Shown here: positions 13,699 through 20,632 of the stretch, piece after piece | Layout: each line of letters begins with the position of its first letter | Position numbering within the stretch: position 1 is the first letter of the stretch | Virus record (IMG/VR): IMGVR_UViG_3300029288_003766 | Span: 1 to 25,786 of that record | Origin: a virus | Lineage: Duplodnaviria > Heunggongvirae > Uroviricota > Caudoviricetes | DNA: 25,786 nucleotides | Strand: one strand, 5' to 3' | Program-made: the position numbers and the translations under genes | The notes under the pieces: model-generated | What the model saw: the letters and a program-made list of their open reading frames with translations, nothing else | Told to the model about the DNA's origin: nothing | Database searches by the model: none

Positions 13699-13716
13699 AT
13701 TTAAGGAGGTGACGGT

Positions 13717-14448
13717 ATGCCAAAAGGAGTTTATAAAAGAACAAAACCAACTTGGAATAAGGGAAAGAAGCTGCCTTATAAAGTTTGGAATAGTGGGAAG
13801 AAGTTGCCATTTACAATTTGGAATAAAGGACTTACAAAAGATACAGATAGTAGAATAAAAGAACAGGGAGAAAGATTATCAGTACGTTATAAAAACGGAG
13901 AGTTAAAACCATCATTTCTTGGTAAGCATCATACTAAGAAATCTAAAGAACGGATAGGACGATGTAAAAAAGGAAAAAAACTTACTAAAGAACAATGCGA
14001 AAATATATCGCGGTCTCAGATAGGCAAGGTTCTTTCTCAAGAACATAAAAATAGAATAGGGATATCCTGGAAACGAAATAAAAACAGAAATTTGGCGCAT
14101 GTTTTAGAATCTGTTTGCCGTCGTCCAAACAAATTTGAAACAAATGCTCTTAATTACTTGAATACTATTTACGAAAATAAATTTGTATATACTGGAGATG
14201 GTTCTTTAATAGTAGATGGAAGATCAGCAGATGCTTATTCAAAAGAGTTAAATACAGTTTGTTTATTTCAAGGAAACTATTTTCATTGCAACCCCCGAAT
14301 GTATAAATCGACTTATTACAACGGGTTAAGAAAGATGTTTGCAAAAGATATTTGGAAAAGAGATGCAGAATCTGTAAAGATGTTTAAAAGATCCAATTAT
14401 AGAGTTATTGTTATTTGGGAAGATACATTAAATAAATTAATAGATTAG
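13717..14448 (+). CDS. NUMOD-repeat protein with a C-terminal Vsr/DUF559-like PD-(D/E)XK nuclease (homing endonuclease-like)
   Basis: WNKGK/WNKGLTK repeats, GKHHTKKSKERI, GKVLSQEHKNRI; SADAY...FQGNYFHC...YRVIVIWE. Confidence 0.75.
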   Translation: MPKGVYKRTKPTWNKGKKLPYKVWNSGKKLPFTIWNKGLTKDTDSRIKEQGERLSVRYKNGELKPSFLGKHHTKKSKERIGRCKKGKKLTKEQCENISRSQIGKVLSQEHKNRIGISWKRNKNRNLAHVLESVCRRPNKFETNALNYLNTIYENKFVYTGDGSLIVDGRSADAYSKELNTVCLFQGNYFHCNPRMYKSTYYNGLRKMFAKDIWKRDAESVKMFKRSNYRVIVIWEDTLNKLID

Positions 14449-14459
14449 AGGTAAGAATT

Positions 14460-14850
14460 GGGGGTGAGAGGATTCGACTTATATGATCTAATGTTGAATG
14501 CATGCCGTGGACGTAATGATGGCCACGTTAAAATCATTGCAAAAATTAAACGCAGACGAAAATTCTCGTTTACTTAATTCAGCAAATGAAATTGTTTCAC
14601 CTATGTTTGCTGAATCTGTGTTAGCTACTATATAGCTAATCATCACTATCGTCAGGCACAGTGGCTTTAGTGATCTGGTATGTGCTCGTTCTATAGTTTT
14701 TCTCACCTATAGAATTAAATTAAGAGATTGTCAGTGTATATTATCTATTTCTGTTAAGATGATATATGCAAAGGTTTAGATAACAGAATAAGCATGTAGT
14801 ATTTTAACGTTTGTTTATATGAGGACCCGGTTTCGATACCGGCACCTCCA
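14460..14850 (+). ncRNA. ssrA: tmRNA; tag (A)DENSRLLNSANEIVSPMFAESVLATI* at 14552-14635
   Basis: 5' GGGGGTG-AGAGGATTCGAC; 3' CCGGTTTCGATACCGG-CACCTCC-A with G3-U70; TAAAC-GCA resume context; CCA not encoded. Confidence 0.93.
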
Positions 14851-14854
14851 CTAT

Positions 14855-14928
14855 GCAAGTGTCATCCAATCGGTCAGGATGCCAGTCCTACAAACTGAGA
14901 ATGAGGTTCGAGCCCTCCACTTGCACCA
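14855..14928 (+). tRNA. tRNA-Val(TAC)
   Basis: GCAAGTG/CACTTGC, loop CCTACAA (C33), A73, CCA. Confidence 0.85.
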
Positions 14929-14931
14929 TTT

Positions 14932-15007
14932 CCTAGCTTGGCTGAATAATTAGAGCGCTCCCCTTATAAGAGAGAATATGAAGGTGTGATTCCTTCAGCT
15001 AGGACCA
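14932..15007 (+). tRNA. tRNA-Ile(TAT)
   Basis: CCTAGCT/AGCTAGG, CTCCC-CTTATAA-GAGAG, A73, CCA. Confidence 0.83.
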
Positions 15008-15088
15008 AATTTACGAGGCTGTGGCGTGGTAGCCTGTGATGTGTTGATAAAATCAACCGCCATTATGCAGACCAACTGCTAGCCTTTT

Positions 15089-15164
15089 CTGCCTGTGGCT
15101 GAACGATAAGAGCGCCAAGCTGATAACTTGGAGTACGTAGGTCTAACTCCTACCGGGCAGACCA
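15089..15164 (+). tRNA. tRNA-Ile(GAT)
   Basis: CTGCCTG/CGGGCAG, CCAAG-CTGATAA-CTTGG, A73, CCA. Confidence 0.9.
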
Positions 15165-15169
15165 ATATT

Positions 15170-15244
15170 GGCTCGATGGCCGAATGGCATAGGCACCTGT
15201 TTCATAAGCAGGTTAAGAAGGTCCAATTCCTTCTCGAGCTACCA
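15170..15244 (+). tRNA. tRNA-Met(CAT), elongator (or Ile2)
   Basis: GGCTCGA/TCGAGCT, CCTGT-TTCATAA-GCAGG, A73, CCA. Confidence 0.88.
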
Positions 15245-15261
15245 AATTTATAGGAGGTTGT

Positions 15262-15450
15262 ATGAAAGAAAAAGATTTTAAGGATCTAAAGAAAAGTATT
15301 CAGCAAATGAAGGATATTCAAACAGGTAAATTAAGACCAAGGAGAACCTGGATTATAAATCCTAGTACTAAGATAAAAGAAAATAAAAAGTTCAGTGAAT
15401 CTCTAACTAAGAAAGAGATCAGGGATTTACTGAAGAAAGAGGACTACTAA
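15262..15450 (+). CDS. Hypothetical basic protein
   Basis: GGAGGT RBS; 62-aa ORF exactly filling an inter-tRNA gap. Confidence 0.7.
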   Translation: MKEKDFKDLKKSIQQMKDIQTGKLRPRRTWIINPSTKIKENKKFSESLTKKEIRDLLKKEDY

Positions 15451-15455
15451 ATAAC

Positions 15456-15532
15456 GCCCCCGTCGTTCAACTGAATAGGACCCTACCCCGCGAAGGTAGT
15501 GATTAGAGGTTTAAATCCTCTCGGGGGCACCA
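15456..15532 (+). tRNA. tRNA-Arg(GCG)
   Basis: GCCCCCG/CGGGGGC, CTACC-CCGCGAA-GGTAG (C33), CCA. Confidence 0.87.
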
Positions 15533-15546
15533 ATTAAGGAGAACTA

Positions 15547-16053
15547 ATGAACACTTATTTTACGAGTGACACTCACCTACAGCACGCTAATATAATCAAA
15601 TACTGTAATCGTCCGTTCAAAAATGTTGATGAAATGGATGAGACAATAATAACTAACTGGAACAGCATAGTTAAACACGATGATTTGGTCTATCATCTAG
15701 GTGACATTGGTTTTGGAGATATCAAAAATGTTTTACGTAGGTTAAACGGAAAGATAGTTTTAATACGCGGTAGTCATGACAAATCGGCATTAGCAGTTCC
15801 GGAAAGATTTGAAAGTACTTCCAGCTTATTAGAAATTAAGATTGACAGGCAGTATATTACGCTTTGTCATTACGCGATGAGGAGTTGGCCTCGTTCATTC
15901 CATGGAAGCTGGCATTTGTTTGGTCATAGCCATGGACGTTTACCACCTTTGGGCAAATCTTTCGACGTTGGCGTTGACAACCATAATTTTTACCCGTGGT
16001 CATTAGATGAAATTAAAGAAAAAATTAACTCTTTGGAAGAGAATGGAGATTAA
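15547..16053 (+). CDS. Calcineurin-like metallophosphoesterase
   Basis: SDTHLQH, HLGD, GSHD, LCHY, LFGHSH, DVGVD. Confidence 0.88.
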   Translation: MNTYFTSDTHLQHANIIKYCNRPFKNVDEMDETIITNWNSIVKHDDLVYHLGDIGFGDIKNVLRRLNGKIVLIRGSHDKSALAVPERFESTSSLLEIKIDRQYITLCHYAMRSWPRSFHGSWHLFGHSHGRLPPLGKSFDVGVDNHNFYPWSLDEIKEKINSLEENGD

Positions 16054-16059
16054 TTAGAA

Positions 16060-16608
16060 ATGCCTAAATTTATTGATTTAACAAATAAAACATTTGGTAG
16101 ATTATTAGTTATAAAAACAGCTAGAAATAATAGTGGAGTTTTGGGCTGGGTATGCAAATGTAGTTGCGGAAATAAATGTTGGACTAGAGGTGCCGAATTA
16201 ACTCGTGGATGTACAAAATCTTGTGGTTGTTTACGAGCAGAATTAATGAAAAATTTGGGGAAAAGAAGAACTGGCAAGGATAACAATAAATATAAGCACG
16301 GTTTATTTGGCACAAAAGAATATTATACTAAAATAATTTGGAAATATAGATTATTATCTAAATTTGGTATAACTGAACCAGAATATAATGCTAAATTAAT
16401 TAAACAAAAAAATAAATGTGCTATTTGTGGAACCTTACAAGAAAAAATTAAAATAAGACTTTGTGTAGATCATAACCATAAAACTGGACAAGTTAGAGGT
16501 TTACTTTGTAGAGAATGTAATTTTATGATTGGCAGAAGTAAAGAATCTATCGCCATACTAAATAAAGCAATAAAATATTTAACTAAATGGAATACTAAAT
16601 CTAAATAA
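16060..16608 (+). CDS. Endonuclease VII-domain protein (homing endonuclease-like)
   Basis: N-terminal DLTNKTFGRLLV...CKCSCG...SCGC; C-terminal KCAICG...LCVDHNHKTGQVRGLLCRECN. Confidence 0.85.
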   Translation: MPKFIDLTNKTFGRLLVIKTARNNSGVLGWVCKCSCGNKCWTRGAELTRGCTKSCGCLRAELMKNLGKRRTGKDNNKYKHGLFGTKEYYTKIIWKYRLLSKFGITEPEYNAKLIKQKNKCAICGTLQEKIKIRLCVDHNHKTGQVRGLLCRECNFMIGRSKESIAILNKAIKYLTKWNTKSK

Positions 16609-16612
16609 GTTT

Positions 16613-16687
16613 GCCCCAGTAGTGTAAAGGATAGCACGATAGTTTCCTAAACTGTAAGAGACAGTTCAAATCTGTCCCGGGGCACCA
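16613..16687 (+). tRNA. tRNA-Arg(CCT)
   Basis: GCCCCAG/CCGGGGC, ATAGT-TTCCTAA-ACTGT, CCA. Confidence 0.9.
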
Positions 16688-16779
16688 AATATTTACTACC
16701 TACTGAAAATCGTGTGTATGGCAGGGACCCTGTTGCCGAGATTCGATTGTATTAGTCAAAAGGGAAATAGGTAGATTAT

Positions 16780-16854
16780 CTGCCTGTAGTGTAAAGGACA
16801 GCACAATGGTCTTCGAAACCATTAGAGCTAGTTCGAATCTAGTCAGGCGGGCCA
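16780..16854 (+). tRNA. tRNA-Arg(TCG)
   Basis: CTGCCTG/CAGGCGG, ATGGT-CTTCGAA-ACCAT, G73, CCA. Confidence 0.9.
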
Positions 16855-16860
16855 ATAATT

Positions 16861-16936
16861 GCCTCTGTGGTATAATTGAATGTGCCTCGGTCTTCTAAAC
16901 CGATGTATGCGGGTTTGAATCCCGCCGGAGGCTCCA
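16861..16936 (+). tRNA. tRNA-Arg(TCT)
   Basis: GCCTCTG/CGGAGGC, TCGGT-CTTCTAA-ACCGA, CCA. Confidence 0.9.
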
Positions 16937-16955
16937 AACTTATAAAGGAGTAGAA

Positions 16956-17654
16956 ATGAAGACATTTGTAATTGGGGACATCCACGGATCCTACAAGGCC
17001 TTGATCCAGGTCCTTGAACGCTCAAAGTTTGATCGTGATAATGATAAACTGATCTGCCTTGGTGATGTATGCGATGGCTGGCCAGATGTTTATCGGGCTG
17101 TGGAAGAGCTGTTGAAGATCAAGAATCTGATCTATATTTTGGGGAATCATGATGATTGGAGTCTTGATTGGGCGTTGTTTGGCACTAGACCCGAGATCTG
17201 GACTAGCCAGGGTGGCAACAATACTATTGCCTCTTACGCACAGCATGGTGGATATATGCCTGAGAGCCATATCAAGCTCTTCAGGACCGCTCCAGTAAAG
17301 TATGTTGAAGATAACAAATTGTTTGTCCATGGGGGTATAGATCCTAATATTCCTTTAGAAAAACAACACCGAGATACACTTCTTTGGGATCGGAACCTTT
17401 TGATAAACTCAAAGATCAAGGGACATAATAGGCCTGATTACAAGTTTACTGACTTTGATGATATCTTTGTAGGCCATACTACAACCTGGATATTTAATAC
17501 AGATAAACCTGTCCACTACGCTGAGGTTTGGGGCCTGGATACGGGTGCCGGTTGGGAAGGAAAACTTACAATCATGGATATTGACACGAAAGAGTATTAC
17601 CAAAGTGATATCGTTTCAGATCTTTACCCAGGTGAACCTGGCAGGATGGGATAG
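16956..17654 (+). CDS. PPP-family metallophosphoesterase (lambda phosphatase/PrpA-like)
   Basis: GDIHG, LGDVCD, LGNHD, FVHGG, LWDR, VGHT, LDTGAG. Confidence 0.9.
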   Translation: MKTFVIGDIHGSYKALIQVLERSKFDRDNDKLICLGDVCDGWPDVYRAVEELLKIKNLIYILGNHDDWSLDWALFGTRPEIWTSQGGNNTIASYAQHGGYMPESHIKLFRTAPVKYVEDNKLFVHGGIDPNIPLEKQHRDTLLWDRNLLINSKIKGHNRPDYKFTDFDDIFVGHTTTWIFNTDKPVHYAEVWGLDTGAGWEGKLTIMDIDTKEYYQSDIVSDLYPGEPGRMG

Positions 17655-17669
17655 TTTACTGTAGATCAA

Positions 17670-17699
17670 AGTTTACAAATTTGTAAACTGTTGTAGAAT
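17670..17699 (+). promoter_or_regulatory. Sigma70-like promoter overlapped by a 20-bp palindrome, upstream of the tRNA-Leu cluster
   Basis: TTTACA(17672-17677)-N16-TAGAAT(17694-17699); perfect palindrome AGTTTACAAATTTGTAAACT at 17670-17689. Confidence 0.6.
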
Positions 17700-17704
17700 G
17701 AATT

Positions 17705-17778
17705 GCTCCCGTGTCCTAACTGGAAATGGAACTCTCCTCAAAAGTGAGTTACTGAAGGTTCGAATCCTTCCGGGAGTA
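17705..17778 (+). tRNA. tRNA-Leu(CAA), short variable loop
   Basis: GCTCCCG/CGGGAGT, loop CTCAAAA, variable TTACT, A73, then CTA. Confidence 0.83.
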
Positions 17779-17785
17779 CTAATAT

Positions 17786-17860
17786 GGCACAGTGAAGGCA
17801 ACTGGCAGACCTCTGATACTTAAAATATCAGGTATGAGAGTCCAAATCTCTCCTGTGCCA
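17786..17860 (+). tRNA. tRNA-Leu(TAA), short variable loop
   Basis: GGCACAG/CTGTGCC, TGATA-CTTAAAA-TATCA, A73, then CTA. Confidence 0.85.
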
Positions 17861-17869
17861 CTAAACTTT

Positions 17870-17943
17870 GTCCAAGTGGCGCAACTGGCAGACGCGGTTG
17901 GCTAAGAACCAGCTTTTTGGAAGTTCAAATCTTCTCTTGGACA
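17870..17943 (+). tRNA. tRNA-Leu(AAG), short variable loop
   Basis: GTCCAAG/CTTGGAC, GTTGG-CTAAGAA-CCAGC, variable TTTTT, A73, then CTA. Confidence 0.85.
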
Positions 17944-17947
17944 CTAT

Positions 17948-18024
17948 GGGCCGTTGATGCAACTGGCAGACATTTTACGCTTAGAACGTAAATTTTGGGG
18001 ATCCGAATTCCTCACGGCCTACCA
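17948..18024 (+). tRNA. tRNA-Leu(TAG), short variable loop
   Basis: GGGCCGT/ACGGCCT, TTACG-CTTAGAA-CGTAA, variable ATTTT, A73, CCA. Confidence 0.85.
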
Positions 18025-18028
18025 ATAA

Positions 18029-18068
18029 TAAAACCCTAGTAACCGAATGGCTACTAGGGTATTTTTTT
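18029..18068. terminator. Rho-independent terminator between convergent blocks, probably bidirectional
   Basis: ACCCTAGTA/TACTAGGGT stem followed by ATTTTTTT; A-rich 5' flank. Confidence 0.85.
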
Positions 18069-18077
18069 GTCTATTTA

Positions 18078-18353
18078 TTATTCTTTAATTATTCTAATTT
18101 TCTTAGGTAACTTTTGAAGTGCTGCTTTTTGGGCAAAATAACTTCTTTCATATTTCTTTCTTCCATCTACAATTACTTTTTCAACATCTTCTCGCTTGAT
18201 ACAACATTTACAAATATTTTGATCATAGGGGTTATATCCTATACCATTACACATAATACAATACTTCTTTCTGCATACAACACAAGTTGTCAAAAAACCT
18301 TCGCGCTGACAGAAATCACAAACCTCCACTTCCTTGTTTATTTTTATTTTCAT
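18078..18353 (-). CDS. Hypothetical zinc-finger-like protein
   Basis: CDFC, CVVC, CIMC, CKCC; AGGAGG RBS. Confidence 0.7.
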   Translation of the reverse strand: MKIKINKEVEVCDFCQREGFLTTCVVCRKKYCIMCNGIGYNPYDQNICKCCIKREDVEKVIVDGRKKYERSYFAQKAALQKLPKKIRIIKE

Positions 18354-18387
18354 ACATCCTCCTTTCCATACATCCCGTTTTATTTCC

Positions 18388-18867
18388 TCAATATAGTCGT
18401 ATTTTACTTATTGTTATTCTACACCCAGATTTTCCAACCCAAGTCTTTCTCATTCTTCGTATTCTGTCTTTTGCTTTCTGTTTCGTAGAATAAAATCTAT
18501 CATACCCCCAACCCCAACTGCCTTCTTCTTTTACAGCATAGACATAGTTACTCACCTCCGCTTTCTTGGCGATATGACCAGAGAGGGCGTTGACTATCAA
18601 CTCTCTTAATTTTCCTATTGAAATTCTTGCTTCCTGAAAGTCAAAAAACATTTGATGTCTTGCCAATAATTCACTTTTAATTTCTTTCTCCCCCATCACC
18701 TCCACAAGTTTGCCACTTTTAAACAGAATACCTAAATTTATCAAAACTTGAAAACTATCAATTAGGTCTTGGTTTTCCATCCCACCCGCAAAAGCTTTTA
18801 TGCAACCATATTCGTGAACTATTCTTACTGCATTATCTACTTTCTCCCTACTCGGTATATTAGGCAT
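18388..18867 (-). CDS. Hypothetical protein
   Basis: 159-aa ORF with GAGGAG RBS in a co-oriented run. Confidence 0.65.
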   Translation of the reverse strand: MPNIPSREKVDNAVRIVHEYGCIKAFAGGMENQDLIDSFQVLINLGILFKSGKLVEVMGEKEIKSELLARHQMFFDFQEARISIGKLRELIVNALSGHIAKKAEVSNYVYAVKEEGSWGWGYDRFYSTKQKAKDRIRRMRKTWVGKSGCRITISKIRLY

Positions 18868-18892
18868 TCTCTCCTCCTCACCGTTGGACGGG

Positions 18893-19339
18893 TTAGATCA
18901 ACTTTTCCTTTTTCAAATAGAGCCACATTAGAGCAAGAGCGTTGGGTAGGTATTGATTATTACAATCTTTAATAAGCTTACCAAAACCCACTTCCCTAAA
19001 CTGAACAAAATATGTATCGCAATCATTAAATATATAGATACCTTTCTCTTGCCAACTGTTAAACTCCTCCAATATCTCTGTGGCGATGGGGGCGGGAAGT
19101 CTTTGTTGCCATTTATTATAAGGACTCTTTTTTGATTTATCTATTTCCGACCTGCCCCTTCCTTCTACATCATCACTGTATTGAAAACTATTAGGCACAA
19201 TCTCGAAATCTTTTCTATTACGATTTTCAATATCAAAATCATAATAATAAACTGGTATCCACCAAAACTCCGTTTCCTTCTGCCACCCCGCCTCTTTCAA
19301 CTGCTTGGCTATTTCAAGTGATACGCAATGTTTTTCCAT
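18893..19339 (-). CDS. Phage hypothetical protein (paralog of 20768-21193)
   Basis: VSLEIAKQLKEAGW...EFWW...PAPIATEILE. Confidence 0.7.
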   Translation of the reverse strand: MEKHCVSLEIAKQLKEAGWQKETEFWWIPVYYYDFDIENRNRKDFEIVPNSFQYSDDVEGRGRSEIDKSKKSPYNKWQQRLPAPIATEILEEFNSWQEKGIYIFNDCDTYFVQFREVGFGKLIKDCNNQYLPNALALMWLYLKKEKLI

Positions 19340-19361
19340 ATTCTCCTTTTAGATCAGGTGG

Positions 19362-19571
19362 TTACTTAATCCAACAAACTTTAAGTGTTTCTTTTAGTTT
19401 TTCTGCAATGAATGTTTTAAAAATTATAATTCCTGTTCCGTTACAATCCTCACAATCAGTTTCTTCATTTTCCCAATTACAAGACTCACATTGTATACCA
19501 ACAGTCCTTAACCCTAATAACCAATTCATCCAAGCGGGTACATTGTATCCGTTCATCCTCCCCTCCTCCAA
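19362..19571 (-). CDS. Small zinc-finger protein
   Basis: CESC...CEDCNGTG; likely start at the second Met after GGAGGG. Confidence 0.6.
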   Translation of the reverse strand: MEEGRMNGYNVPAWMNWLLGLRTVGIQCESCNWENEETDCEDCNGTGIIIFKTFIAEKLKETLKVCWIK

Positions 19572-19574
19572 GTT

Positions 19575-19835
19575 TTAGGTGGCTACTTTTTTGGTTAGTT
19601 CTGTGATTATTGCTTGGGCTAAATCTGATGCTGTTTTGGTGCTTCCGTAAACCCCGTTGTCAATTAAAGTTTTACCTATACTCCCCACATCCAACCTCTC
19701 CAGCACCCTGATTGCGAAGGTGAGGGCTTCGATTAGTTCTTTGTTCTCGTGTTCTTTTGTAAGTCCATTGGCACGAGCATCTACTAAAACCTGTAAATCA
19801 TCTTTCAACACTTCCACGCACTCTATCTTATCCAT
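19575..19835 (-). CDS. Hypothetical protein
   Basis: 86-aa ORF, overlap-coupled with neighbours. Confidence 0.6.
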   Translation of the reverse strand: MDKIECVEVLKDDLQVLVDARANGLTKEHENKELIEALTFAIRVLERLDVGSIGKTLIDNGVYGSTKTASDLAQAIITELTKKVAT

Positions 19836-19968
19836 TCTTGGGACTCCTTATTTTGAGAAGATTGCGGATAAACTCATCAGCCATTTTCTTTCCCCAGTTC
19901 GTGATAGAACAAATAACCATACTTACACAAGACCCCACCACAAAGCCCAGGTAAAATCCTATAAGCAT
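19828..19968 (-). CDS. Small membrane peptide
   Basis: Hydrophobic MLIGFYLGFVVGSCVSMVIC; start uncertain. Confidence 0.45.
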   Translation of the reverse strand: MLIGFYLGFVVGSCVSMVICSITNWGKKMADEFIRNLLKIRSPKNG

Positions 19969-19982
19969 TGATAACAAATCTC

Positions 19983-20183
19983 TCACCTCTTCCTCCTTGT
20001 GGGTAGTGGTTGGATGGGTTTTCTTAAATTTGTTTTCCTCAATACGCAATCACAACTTCCTATATCACTACACTTAGTTGGCGTGTTTGGCTGAGGACTT
20101 AATCCGTATTCAAGCCATTCTTTTCCTGTCAAAGAGCATTTGCCAGTATTATGAATTCCACCACACAAACTTTTCTTCTTCAT
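19983..20183 (-). CDS. Hypothetical Cys-containing protein
   Basis: GGAGG RBS before Met at 20183. Confidence 0.5.
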   Translation of the reverse strand: MKKKSLCGGIHNTGKCSLTGKEWLEYGLSPQPNTPTKCSDIGSCDCVLRKTNLRKPIQPLPTRRKR

Positions 20184-20446
20184 CTCATCCTCCAATTTTA
20201 TCCAACCCAAGACCACTCGCTACCCACCTCGATTTACCGTATCTCCCACGAAAGGGCGTGTTTGGTTGCCCCTACGGATTATACGAGCCAAAGCCTTGTC
20301 CGTCTTGAGTTGGTGCAGTAAGGGTGGCAGTTGGTCTGCAAGTTGCATCAGGGTATTTCCGTTTTATATTATCCATTGATAAAAACCCTTTATTACACAG
20401 GTCGTCAATGTCTTTGGCTACCACTCCACACCCCTACTGCGAAGGG

Positions 20447-20632
20447 TCAACCTTCCATTATTTTTCTTAACTCTGCTCGTTCTTCTTCTATTCTTTGGTC
20501 TAATGTTTTAGGATTTAAAACATTCCCAGGATGATAACCATCAGAAGTTATCCTATCGCACAAATACTTAAGAGCCTTAATAATATTGACGGTGGTTATT
20601 TCTTTAAGCATCTCATCCTCCCTTCCCAACAC
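20447..20632 (-). CDS. Hypothetical protein
   Basis: GGGAGG RBS before the internal Met; co-oriented. Confidence 0.55.
   Translation of the reverse strand: MLGREDEMLKEITTVNIIKALKYLCDRITSDGYHPGNVLNPKTLDQRIEEERAELRKIMEG

Noticed and set aside
11729-14706. ORFs 11729-12013, 11832-12017, 12525-12716, 13619-13810, 13912-14100 and 14488-14706
   Set aside because: They overlap tRNAs, tmRNA or stronger CDSs.
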